Below, one piece after another: positions 1 to 8,265 of a stretch of 32,000 nt of DNA. The notes under the pieces are model-generated. The model saw nothing but the letters and a program-made list of their open reading frames with translations. It was not told the DNA's origin and searched no databases. Positions within the stretch are counted from its first letter, which is position 1, and each line of letters starts with the position of its first letter. The stretch comes from Nitrosomonas europaea (GTDB taxonomy: Bacteria > Pseudomonadota > Gammaproteobacteria > Burkholderiales > Nitrosomonadaceae), in the NCBI RefSeq assembly GCF_900167395.1, contig NZ_FUWK01000031.1, positions 1 to 32,000 on the forward strand, read 5' to 3'. A program made the position numbers and the translations under genes.

Positions 1-572
1 AATACTCATCGCCGTTTCATTCGCTGGCGTGACAAAGGTATCTGGGAAAAATTGCTGGAAATCCTGATTGATGATCCAGATTATGAATGGCTGATAATGG
101 ATGCCAGTCACTGTAAAGTTCATCCACACGCCAATGGAGCCAGAGGAGGTAATCAGGATATGAATCGGACAAAAGGGGGCTCAACACCAAGATACATCTG
201 GCCGTGGATGCGCATGGTATGCCGGTCAGAATCCTTGTTACACAAGGTACCACTGCTGATTGCACGCAGGCTGGCCGCCTGATCGAAGGGATTGATGCAG
301 ATCATCTGCTGGCAGATCGTGGCTATGACAGTAATGCCATTGTTGAACAGGCGGAAAAACAGGGAATGGAAGCTGTTATCCCGCCAAAAAAGAATCGAAA
401 AATACAAAGACCTTACGATAAAGAACTGTATAAGCTGAGGCATCTCGTCGAAAATGCTTTTCTTCATCTCAAAAGATGGCGTGGCATCGCTACAAGATAC
501 GCCAAAAACACCTCTTCTTTCCTTGCTGTCGTGCAAATTAGATGTATCGCCCTCTGGGCTGATATCTTGTGA
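1..572 (+). pseudogene. IS5-family DDE transposase; N-terminus off-window; reading frame broken at a G5 run (nt 175-179)
   Basis: Frame 1 from nt 1 reads NTHRRFIRWRDKGIWEKLLEILIDDPDYEWLIMDASHCKVHPHANGARGGNQDMNRTKGG. The family-like sequence continues only in frame 3 from nt 180: LNTKIHLAVDAHGMPVRILVTQGTTADC...LLADRGYDSNAIVE...YKLRHLVENAFLHLKRWRGIATRYAKN. One extra G would restore a single ORF. Confidence 0.8.
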
Positions 573-590
573 CTACACTATATAGTATTT
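1..590 (+). mobile_element. Right-hand portion of an IS5-family (IS427/IS1031-like) insertion sequence; left end is off-window and the right boundary is approximate
   Basis: A DDE transposase reading frame starts at nt 1 and stops at 570-572. IS ends usually lie a few tens of nt past the stop. The terminal inverted repeat cannot be verified without the left end. Confidence 0.8.
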
Positions 591-791
591 CGTGAAGAGA
601 TTTACCGTCCACAATGAAATCAAGGAAATCCCGCTCTGTTTGTCCAGCAGCAACTTTTCGTTTCTTTTGTTTCAGTTCAAATGTTGATTGTTTCATTGAT
701 GTTTTTTTGCCGCATAACAACGTAGGTGAGTGGCATTTGACCGGCTAGTTAGCCGTTCCTCCAACGAAGCGCTTTCCCAAATGTGATGCCG

Positions 792-1244
792 TCATTGCAG
801 TAGTTTCGTGTATCCACTTGCCACAAATTGACCAACCAAGAAAACTCCTACGCAAATGAATAATTGGAAGAGATACCAGAGAGAAAGCGTCAAGATTTCT
901 ACCCTCCGGAACCGCCAGTGTGTGCGCAGAAGTGCGTAGATACGAATTTTGCCGGCGAATCGCCTGAAACGTTTGCTAGTGAGGGCCTGCCAAGCATAGA
1001 AGGAAGAATACAGGTCTTCCTTCAACAGCGAAGCGTTCGCGATGAATGACACGATCAGGATCACTACAAATCCAGCAAGACAGATCACTGAGACGACTCG
1101 GGGCCCTCCTAAACTTGCCGTGAGCGCCCGGTATCCAAGAAACCCGATCAAGCCCGCAACGACGATCTGGAACGATATATTCCGCATGTAATCGAGGAAG
1201 GGTTTCCGAGCCTTCCTGAGCCAAATCTTAGTTCTCTGCTTCAT
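792..1244 (-). CDS. hypothetical membrane protein (several hydrophobic helices); no family recognised
   Basis: 150-aa ORF with hydrophobic stretches (IVVAGLIGFLGY, VVSVICLAGFVVILIVSFI, LSLWYLFQLFICVGVFLVGQFV). Lies in the AT-richer islet on the same strand as its neighbours. No clear SD. Confidence 0.5.
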   Translation of the reverse strand: MKQRTKIWLRKARKPFLDYMRNISFQIVVAGLIGFLGYRALTASLGGPRVVSVICLAGFVVILIVSFIANASLLKEDLYSSFYAWQALTSKRFRRFAGKIRIYALLRTHWRFRRVEILTLSLWYLFQLFICVGVFLVGQFVASGYTKLLQ

Positions 1245-1350
1245 CGATTTACTTGAATGGTAGCTAGGCGCTTGTCTTCATCGGCTGCCGAAGGCAGTCC
1301 ACTGGAAGGAAATATTAGGCTGTGGGTTCTACTTGCGATAGTTCTCGATT

Positions 1351-1647
1351 TTATTCATCTCCCCAAACTGGGGAACTTGGGCCGCTGAACGGTTCAAGGT
1401 TCAAGCAATATTTAATGACTAAGGCACCAGCCTCAACTATTACCAAATGCTTGGCGGAATGAACGGTATAACGTTTCGGTGACAATGGCGACGCAATTTT
1501 TCCTGCGCCGTCCAATCGCTCCCAACCGATATCATCGAAGCGTTCACCCACGCTGGCTGCTGTGAATGGTGTACTGGATTCAAACCGTGCGATTGGCTTG
1601 TGCTGCTCCGATGTGTCGAACAACTCCAAGATATATTTAGTTCTCAT
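1351..1647 (-). CDS. hypothetical small soluble protein; no family recognised
   Basis: 98-aa ORF. Its ATG lies 4 nt after the TAA of the upstream ORF (TAAGGTTATG on the minus strand), suggesting co-translation. Confidence 0.5.
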   Translation of the reverse strand: MRTKYILELFDTSEQHKPIARFESSTPFTAASVGERFDDIGWERLDGAGKIASPLSPKRYTVHSAKHLVIVEAGALVIKYCLNLEPFSGPSSPVWGDE

Positions 1648-1651
1648 AACC

Positions 1652-2128
1652 TTAATCGTTAGGTTTGTTGAGTATTTTGTATGCCCTTCTCACTTTGTTG
1701 ATAAGCCATTTGAGAATTGTTCCATTTCGGCGTACCTCGTAGCCGGCAGCGACCCGCAGGGACACGAACGCTCCGTTGACAATGAACATAAGGAAGCTAC
1801 CCAGAACTAGAAATGTTGTAACGAATACAGCACCATAAAGCTGGTTCTCCGCTGCAATTTCAAGCCCGGCGCGCAGAGTGGCAAAGAAACCAGGATGCAT
1901 AATTTTGATTGCGATTCCGAATGGAAGCATGAAACAACAAAGCAAAAACATGACTACCCAAATAACCGGAGGAGTTGCTTTCTTTAGCCGATATAGCGGC
2001 ACAATAAAGTTTTTTCTGTAGCAACGAGGAGGCCTGAACATCGAAAAACCTAACGTAATATATACGACACTGGATGTCCGATAATCTGGTTCATTTGTCG
2101 CATAATCTCCTTTAAATAGTGCTAACAA
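1652..2128 (-). CDS. hypothetical membrane protein (two long hydrophobic helices); start uncertain (TTG at 2128 or ATG at 2041)
   Basis: ORF with the hydrophobic segments VIWVVMFLLCCFMLPFGIAI and AVFVTTFLVLGSFLMFIVNGAFV. AT-rich putative promoter region at 2129-2247. Confidence 0.45.
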   Translation of the reverse strand: MLALFKGDYATNEPDYRTSSVVYITLGFSMFRPPRCYRKNFIVPLYRLKKATPPVIWVVMFLLCCFMLPFGIAIKIMHPGFFATLRAGLEIAAENQLYGAVFVTTFLVLGSFLMFIVNGAFVSLRVAAGYEVRRNGTILKWLINKVRRAYKILNKPND

Positions 2129-2247
2129 TCTGATTGTTAATAAATAAATTTCTATAACCTTCCAATTCTTACTGGAAGATACGATATTTGTACCGATCGA
2201 AAGTGCTGCTGGGTCGGTATCATTCTTCCAGAAGTTGTACGGCTTCC

Positions 2248-4086
2248 CTAACGGCTGGCATAAAGCTGGTCGATTTCACCTTGGTAGTGCTCATAAATCT
2301 TTTTCCGCTTCAGCTTGAGGGTTGGAGTGAGCATTTCATTCTCTACTGTCCAGGGTTCGGAAATCAGTAATGCACGGTGAACCTTGGCATAGCCGGGAAA
2401 TCCGCTGATCTGGCGCGCAATTTTCTCCAGAATGATTTCTTCCGCATACTCGTCGCACGCCAGTGCATGGGGATCATTTTTTGCATTGCAGTGGGTGGCG
2501 ACAACTTCCCACCCGCGCTTGCTCAGCACCGTCAGCGCGCTCAGATAGGAGCGGCCTTCACCGACGATCATGACCTGTTCAAAGATCGGGTCACGCAGAA
2601 TGGCTGCCTCCATATCGGCCGGCGGGATTTTTTCACCGGTGGAGGTAACGATGATGTCTTTCAGCCGGCCGGTGATGGTGACTCTGCTTTGTGCATCGAT
2701 ACTGGCGGTATCTCCGGAATTGAGCCATCCGTCTGCGGATAGAATGGCATGAGTGGCTTCCGGATTGTTCCAGTAGCCGAGCATGACATTGGGTCCGCGA
2801 ATCAGCAGGGCATTCTGTTCTCCCAGCCTGACTTCCACACCGGGAGCAGGGCGGCCGACGCTTGACGGGAGATTATCGTCCAACCGATTGGCACAGACGA
2901 CCGGGCTCGTTTCAGTCAGGCCGTATCCTTGCAGGATAGGTAATCCCAGGCCGATGAAGACACGTGAGATCTCCGGTGATAATGCCGCACCGCCACTCAT
3001 GACCTGCCACAAACGGCCTCCCAGTTTTTCCATGACCTTGCGCGCAACCAGTTTATCGAGCAGCGGCCACAGCAAGTGTGAAATCCGCCAGCCGACTCGT
3101 TTCTGTTGTCGTTCAAACCGGCTGTATCCTATATCGACCGCCAGTTTGAACAGCAGTCTGGAAATTGCAGGCCCTTCCGCCAGTTTGGCCTGTATTCCTG
3201 CATAGATTCTTTCATAAATTCTGGGAACCGAAATCAGGATGGTCGGCCGGATGATCAGCAGATCATCCTGCAATTGGCGGATGGACCGGGCATACGCTAC
3301 CGTGGCACCGCACAGCATGGGTACGTAATAGCCCGCCGTGCGTTCGAACGTATGGGATAGCGGCAGGAAAGACAGCAGTACATCATCCGGTCTGACAGTG
3401 ACAACCTGTGCACTGCTGTATGCGTTGGACAGAATATTGTTGTGGCTCAGCATGACCCCTTTCGGGCGGCCGGTCGTCCCTGACGTGTAAATGATGGTGG
3501 CCAGTACATGAGGGTCGTTTTGCACGGAAGGGATATCGCCCGGTGTTTCCGGCAGCCAGTCCTGCAGGGCGATGGCGCGCTTGTCACCTGTCTGGCGTAC
3601 ATCTTCCGGGGAAGCATCCAGAATGACGATACGCTTCAGTTGCTGAAGTCCGGTCATGGCCTCGTTCATGGCTTCCCATCGCGTCATGTTTTCCAGCAGC
3701 AGTAGCGCGGTGCCTGCATTATCCAGACACCAGGCCGCATTTTCTGCCCGATCTTCGGTATAAAGCGGGACGACCACCAGCCCCAATCCCAGTGCAGCCT
3801 GTTCAAACATCACCCACTGCGGGCAGTTGCGCGCCATGACTGCTACCCGGTCACCAGGAGAGAGATTTTCCTGTGAAAGTGCCATTTGCCAGCGTTTGAC
3901 GGCATTCGCCATGTCGTCCCACGTGTAATCCCGCCAGATTTCCTCGCTGACATCGTAGTCGCGGTAGGCTGTAGCATGGGGAGAACGTCTGACACGTTCT
4001 CTGAACAGGCCGTCGAGTGTTCGGGCCGTTTCGACCGAAATCATGTCCAGGTTGTGAGTGGGCAGGGTGTGGGTCGTCGGGTTCAT
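2248..4086 (-). CDS. long-chain-fatty-acid--CoA ligase (AMP-dependent synthetase/ligase family)
   Basis: 612 aa. AMP-binding signature IIYTSGTTGRPKGVMLSHNN, plus GYGLTETS and a C-terminal TPTLKLKRKK motif. ATGA start/stop overlap with the upstream acyl-CoA dehydrogenase gene. Confidence 0.93.
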   Translation of the reverse strand: MNPTTHTLPTHNLDMISVETARTLDGLFRERVRRSPHATAYRDYDVSEEIWRDYTWDDMANAVKRWQMALSQENLSPGDRVAVMARNCPQWVMFEQAALGLGLVVVPLYTEDRAENAAWCLDNAGTALLLLENMTRWEAMNEAMTGLQQLKRIVILDASPEDVRQTGDKRAIALQDWLPETPGDIPSVQNDPHVLATIIYTSGTTGRPKGVMLSHNNILSNAYSSAQVVTVRPDDVLLSFLPLSHTFERTAGYYVPMLCGATVAYARSIRQLQDDLLIIRPTILISVPRIYERIYAGIQAKLAEGPAISRLLFKLAVDIGYSRFERQQKRVGWRISHLLWPLLDKLVARKVMEKLGGRLWQVMSGGAALSPEISRVFIGLGLPILQGYGLTETSPVVCANRLDDNLPSSVGRPAPGVEVRLGEQNALLIRGPNVMLGYWNNPEATHAILSADGWLNSGDTASIDAQSRVTITGRLKDIIVTSTGEKIPPADMEAAILRDPIFEQVMIVGEGRSYLSALTVLSKRGWEVVATHCNAKNDPHALACDEYAEEIILEKIARQISGFPGYAKVHRALLISEPWTVENEMLTPTLKLKRKKIYEHYQGEIDQLYASR

Positions 4087-6416
4087 AGCGGGGTTTCTCC
4101 GTGTGAATTGCCTGTCTGGCGGAGATCAGCAGGAAAATCATCCACCATGATGACCCGGCGTCGCAGGGTTTTCATCTGTTCAAGCGAGGCAGCTTCTTTA
4201 CTGGTAATGATCCCTTGTGCCAGCGCCTGGTTGATCTGCTCATGTTCGTGGGGGGTGATCGCTTTATCTTTGACGGCTTGCCGCAATCTGGCCTCGATGG
4301 GTTCGCAGTCGATGGTACAGGCCAGGGCTTTTTTGAGCAGGGCCAGTGGTTCATTATCCTGTTCGGGCAGGTAGATGCCTGCTGTCAGGCGATCACGTAC
4401 TTCTCCGGGGGCCAGAATGAGCCGTGCGACTTCATGAGAGAGTGAGTCGGCAGGGGGCAGGCAACGCATACCCCGCGGAAAAATGATGAACCGCAGCAAT
4501 CCTCGCGTGATTCTGCTCACAGGGAAATTGAGCAGAAACTCATGGAACGACTGCTGGGTACGATAAAGCGCATCCTGTACCGACCAGTGCAACAGAGGCA
4601 GATCTGCCGCAGGGCGGCCATCATCCTCAAAACGCTTGAGGGTGGCCGAGCACAGATACATCATGCTGAGAATGTCACCCAGGCGTGCAGAAAGACGTTC
4701 ACGCCGTTTGAGTGCACCGCCCAGCTTCAGCATGGCGATATCGGTCAACAGTGCGAATGCTGCGGAGAAGCGTGTCAGTTGCCGATAGTAATTCACTGTT
4801 TCGTGCGTTACGTTTTGCGGTATGTCTTTGACCAGCCGCGTGCTGAATCCATAGATCAGACTGTGGAACGCATTCCTGAAGGTGAAGACGATATGCCCGG
4901 TCAGCGCCTCGTCAAATGCCCGTAATCCACGTTTTTTGTCCTGATCCCAGGCAGCATCGATTTCTCGCAGTGTGAAAGGATGGGCACGGATGGCGCCTTG
5001 CCCGAAGATGATCATATTGCGTGTCAGGATGTTCGCGCCTTCCACCGTGATGCCTACGGGTGTCTGCTGATAGGTTCTCGCCAGATAATTGGAGGGGCCC
5101 AGGCAGATGCCCTTGCCACCGTGAATATCCATGGCGTCATTGATGATCTGCCGGCTGCGTTCGGTCAGATGATATTTGACGATTGCGGAAATGACGGAAG
5201 GTTTCTCGCCCAGATCGACCGCGCCGGCAGTCATGATACGTGCTGCATCCATCATGTAGGTGTTGCCGGCGATACGCGCAAGCGCTTCTTCTACACCTTC
5301 GAAATAGCCGATCGGTAATTTGAACTGTACACGTACCCGGCCATAGGCCCCGCTGCTCCAGGCCGACAGCTTGGCTGCACCGACACTGGTGGCCGGCAGC
5401 GAAATCGACCGGCCGACGGAGAGGCTGTTCATCAGCATGCGCCAGCCTTGTCCTACTTTGTCCTGCCCGCCGATGACCCAGTCCATGGGAATGAAGACAT
5501 CCTTGCCGGAATTGGGCCCGTTCTGGAAAACTCCGTTCAGGGGATAATGCCTGCGGCCGATCTGGATACCCAATGTGCTGGTTGGGATCAGCGCGAGCGT
5601 GATGCCGATTTCTTTTTCGTTTCCGAGTAATCCATCCGGGTCGTACAGTCTGAAAGCAAGCCCCAGTAGTGTGGCAACCGGTCCCAGCGTGATGTAGCGT
5701 TTCTCCCAGTTGATGCGAATACCCAGTACATCGGGCTGGCCATCGAATACCCCCCGGCACACGATACCGGTGTCAGGAATCGACCCTGCATCTGAACCGG
5801 CGTCCGGCCCGGTCAGCGCAAAACAGGGAATCTCGCTGCCATTCGCCAGCCGTGGCAGATAGTGATCTTTTTGTTCTTCCGTTCCGTAATGCAATAGCAG
5901 TTCGGCTGGGCCGAGTGAATTGGGCACCATTACAGTCACTGCCGCCGTATTGCTGCGCGAACTGATTTTCATGACTACTTCCGAATGCGCCAGTGCAGAA
6001 AAACCAAGTCCGCCGTATTCCTTGGGGATGATCAGCGAGAAAAAGCGGTTTTCCCGGATGAACTGCCAGACATGGGGAGGCAGGTCATGGCGTTCATGGG
6101 TGATGTGCCATTCATCGAGCATGGCGCATAACTGTTCAACCGGCCCGTTGAGAAAGGCTTTTTCTTCCGGGGTCAGCTCCGGTTTGGGGTAGGCAAGCAG
6201 CTGATTCCAGTCGGGTTTGCCGCTGAACAGCGCCCCTTCCCACCATACCGTGCCGGCATCGAGTGCTTCCTGCTCGGTTTGCGAGATTTGAGGCAACAGC
6301 TTGCGAAAGATTCTTAAAACAAGGCTGGAAACAATATTGATACGCAGGAACGGCACTGCGAACAGTGCCACACCCGCCACGATCAACAGGATAAGTACAA
6401 CAAGAAATTCAAGCAT
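4083..6416 (-). CDS. fadE: large FadE-type acyl-CoA dehydrogenase with an N-terminal membrane helix
   Basis: About 777 aa starting MLEFLVVLILLIVAGVALFAV, followed by WWEGALFSGKPDW and an acyl-CoA dehydrogenase core with a long C-terminal domain, as in E. coli FadE. GGAGG lies 5 nt upstream of the ATG at 6416. The track start at 6482 is an unlikely upstream extension that overlaps a repeat arm. Confidence 0.92.
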   Translation of the reverse strand: MLEFLVVLILLIVAGVALFAVPFLRINIVSSLVLRIFRKLLPQISQTEQEALDAGTVWWEGALFSGKPDWNQLLAYPKPELTPEEKAFLNGPVEQLCAMLDEWHITHERHDLPPHVWQFIRENRFFSLIIPKEYGGLGFSALAHSEVVMKISSRSNTAAVTVMVPNSLGPAELLLHYGTEEQKDHYLPRLANGSEIPCFALTGPDAGSDAGSIPDTGIVCRGVFDGQPDVLGIRINWEKRYITLGPVATLLGLAFRLYDPDGLLGNEKEIGITLALIPTSTLGIQIGRRHYPLNGVFQNGPNSGKDVFIPMDWVIGGQDKVGQGWRMLMNSLSVGRSISLPATSVGAAKLSAWSSGAYGRVRVQFKLPIGYFEGVEEALARIAGNTYMMDAARIMTAGAVDLGEKPSVISAIVKYHLTERSRQIINDAMDIHGGKGICLGPSNYLARTYQQTPVGITVEGANILTRNMIIFGQGAIRAHPFTLREIDAAWDQDKKRGLRAFDEALTGHIVFTFRNAFHSLIYGFSTRLVKDIPQNVTHETVNYYRQLTRFSAAFALLTDIAMLKLGGALKRRERLSARLGDILSMMYLCSATLKRFEDDGRPAADLPLLHWSVQDALYRTQQSFHEFLLNFPVSRITRGLLRFIIFPRGMRCLPPADSLSHEVARLILAPGEVRDRLTAGIYLPEQDNEPLALLKKALACTIDCEPIEARLRQAVKDKAITPHEHEQINQALAQGIITSKEAASLEQMKTLRRRVIMVDDFPADLRQTGNSHGETPL

Positions 6417-6448
6417 GATTCCTCCCCGAGTTTTTGAGTGGTTGTTCA

Positions 6449-6718
6449 GGAATCTCTGATCAGATCCCACATGGCCGCACACTGTATTTTGCGGATGGAA
6501 CGCAAGGTGAGTGAGGCAGTGAATGGTTGGCCTTCACAACGAGCTCAATGCTGCAGTCCGTCTGCAAAACCAGCACCCTGAAGGGTTGTGGCAAAATCAT
6601 GCGCTCACTGTGTCGCACTCCTCGGCATCGTAGCTATGCTACGACCTTCGTCGTGCTTCTTGCGATCATCACGATTTTGCCTGCAATGCGGTTCATGGAG
6701 GATTTAATCAGAGATTCC
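6449..6718. repeat. MITE/REP-like intergenic element bounded by 19-bp inverted repeats, with internal inverted repeats
   Basis: GGAATCTCTGATCAGATCC (6449-6467) against GGATTTAATCAGAGATTCC (6700-6718) matches 17/19 as an inverted repeat. Inner inverted repeat GGCAAAATCATG (6590-6601) / CACGATTTTGCC (6670-6681). Central hairpin CGTAGC-TAT-GCTACG (6629-6643). Shares an exact 13-mer with the element at 23287-23447. Confidence 0.45.
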
Positions 6719-6801
6719 TTTGTCGTTACACTACCGGAGAATGAACGGCTGTCAAGCTTTGCTTTGTTTACATCCTGAATGACAAGCAATCATCCGTTCG
6801 T

Positions 6802-6829
6802 GGAAAACCCGGTTGCATGCAACCGGGTT
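6802..6829 (-). terminator. candidate rho-independent terminator downstream of the DoxX gene
   Basis: Perfect palindrome AACCCGGTTGCA/TGCAACCGGGTT (6806-6829), 30 nt past the DoxX stop. On the minus strand the stem runs into TTTTCC, a short U tract. Confidence 0.45.
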
Positions 6830-6858
6830 AATGATCGCCACGAATAATCCGGATTTCA

Positions 6859-7239
6859 TCAAGGCCGGGCGCGGCGGCTATCCAGGCTGTAGCCGCCCGC
6901 CCCATGCACGGCCAGCAGCATGAAACCACCCGCAATGGCAATATTTTTCATGAACATGATCATTTGTGTCTGATCGGCAAGATTGTTGTGAAAAATGGCC
7001 GCAGCTGCCAGCGTAAATACTGCCAGCGCGATGGACGTCAGCCGGGTTTGCCAGCCAGCGATGATCGCCAGACCGCCGCCGATCTCAAGTGCTATCACCA
7101 GTGGCAATAGCGTGCCCGGTACGCCCATCGCGTCCATATAGCCCTGCGTGCCAGCGTAGCTGCTGATTTTGGAAATGCCTGCGAGCAGGAATATTTGCCC
7201 CAGAAAGAGCCGTGCCACGAATTGACTGATTTTTTCCAT
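6859..7239 (-). CDS. DoxX family inner-membrane protein
   Basis: MEKISQFVARLFLGQIFLLAGISKI...LEIGGGLAIIAGWQTR...IFH is typical of DoxX. GGAGA SD upstream of the ATG at 7239. The track start at 7290 is an upstream extension. Confidence 0.85.
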   Translation of the reverse strand: MEKISQFVARLFLGQIFLLAGISKISSYAGTQGYMDAMGVPGTLLPLVIALEIGGGLAIIAGWQTRLTSIALAVFTLAAAAIFHNNLADQTQMIMFMKNIAIAGGFMLLAVHGAGGYSLDSRRARP

Positions 7240-7268
7240 TTTTGTCTCCTTGAAATGAATGATCGTTT

Positions 7269-8135
7269 TTATTGATTCCGTTTGACCCACGCCCGGTCAC
7301 GCACAAACTGACTGGATTGAAAATCTTTCAGTGCCTGATCGATCTGTTCGCGGGTATTCATGACAAAAGGGCCATGTTGCACGACCGATTCATGCAGTGG
7401 TTTACCGCTGACCACGATAAAACGTGCGCCTTTTTTTCCTGCGACAAAGTCGAAAGTGCCGCCATCAGTGCCAGCTGCAATCAGGGAATGAAGCCCGATA
7501 TCCTGGCCGTTAAACTGTCCGTTTCCTTCGAATAGATAGATGAAACTTGTGTTTTGCGCTGGCAGCCGGTGTTGAAAATGCCGCCCGGGCTGTAACTGCA
7601 CATCGAAATAAGTCACTTGCGTCAGATCATCCCGAATCGGTGCAACGGTATCGCCGAAACGGCCGATCAATACTTTCAGCCGGTAATCCGCAGTTTCGAC
7701 TACCGGGAAAGCGGCCGCGGGAAATTCCTGATATTCCGGGTGATCCATTTTGTTGATTGCCGGCAGGTTGATCCATAATTGAAATCCACGCAGTAAACCA
7801 TTTTCCTGTTTCGGCATTTCCGAATGAATCACGCCGCTGGCTGCTTTCATCCATTGCGCCGAGCCCGGCCCGAGATCACCGGTATTGCCCATGCTGTCCT
7901 GATGCTGCATATGACCATCCAGCATATAAGTGAAAGTGATGAACCCGCGGTGCGGATGCGGCGGAAAACCAGCGATGTAATCATCCGGATTATCGCTGCC
8001 GATGTGATCCAGCAACAGGAAAGGATCGTAATTGCGCAGCACCGGTGTGCCAATCGTACGATGTACGATCACGCCGGCACCTTCGGGTACCGCCATTGCG
8101 GGAATGATTCGTACAGTATTCATTGATGTATTCAT
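7269..8135 (-). CDS. pirin family protein (bicupin)
   Basis: GFPPHPHRGFITFTYMLDGHMQHQDSMGN metal-binding motif. About 288 aa counted from the ATG at 8135, which is preceded by GGAGA. The track start at 8354 runs through the divergent promoter region. Confidence 0.9.
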   Translation of the reverse strand: MNTSMNTVRIIPAMAVPEGAGVIVHRTIGTPVLRNYDPFLLLDHIGSDNPDDYIAGFPPHPHRGFITFTYMLDGHMQHQDSMGNTGDLGPGSAQWMKAASGVIHSEMPKQENGLLRGFQLWINLPAINKMDHPEYQEFPAAAFPVVETADYRLKVLIGRFGDTVAPIRDDLTQVTYFDVQLQPGRHFQHRLPAQNTSFIYLFEGNGQFNGQDIGLHSLIAAGTDGGTFDFVAGKKGARFIVVSGKPLHESVVQHGPFVMNTREQIDQALKDFQSSQFVRDRAWVKRNQ

Positions 8136-8202
8136 CGTTTTCTCCTTTTCTGTGATGCATTGACAGATTCTGCTTACTGGAAGCATTATCATCGTTGCTT
8201 TA

Positions 8203-8242
8203 ACAGGAATAAATATCGTTTTATGGAAATAATTGTTCCTGT
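8203..8242. promoter_or_regulatory. candidate LysR-type operator in the pirin/LysR divergent region
   Basis: Inverted repeat ACAGGAA (8203-8209) / TTCCTGT (8236-8242) enclosing ATAAA-N6-TTTAT (8209-8224), a T-N11-A-like dyad. Confidence 0.3.
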
Positions 8243-8265
8243 ATTGGCAACAATTAGGAGGCGTT

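Noticed and set aside
2173-2232. Imperfect nested hairpin (CTGGAAGA...TCTTCCAG around TACCGAT...GTCGGTA) downstream of the acyl-CoA ligase stop, considered as a terminator
   Set aside because: The stem is interrupted and no U tract follows on the minus strand, so it is too weak to list as a feature.
5137-5760. 207-aa alternative-frame ORF within fadE on the same strand, plus other internal ORFs from 4172 to 6192
   Set aside because: Arg/His/Cys-rich out-of-frame translations of a gene whose main frame is clearly an acyl-CoA dehydrogenase.
6527-6778. 83-aa plus-strand ORF in the fadE / DoxX intergenic region
   Set aside because: It lies inside the nested inverted-repeat element, has no SD and has odd composition. 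It is more likely non-coding repeat sequence.
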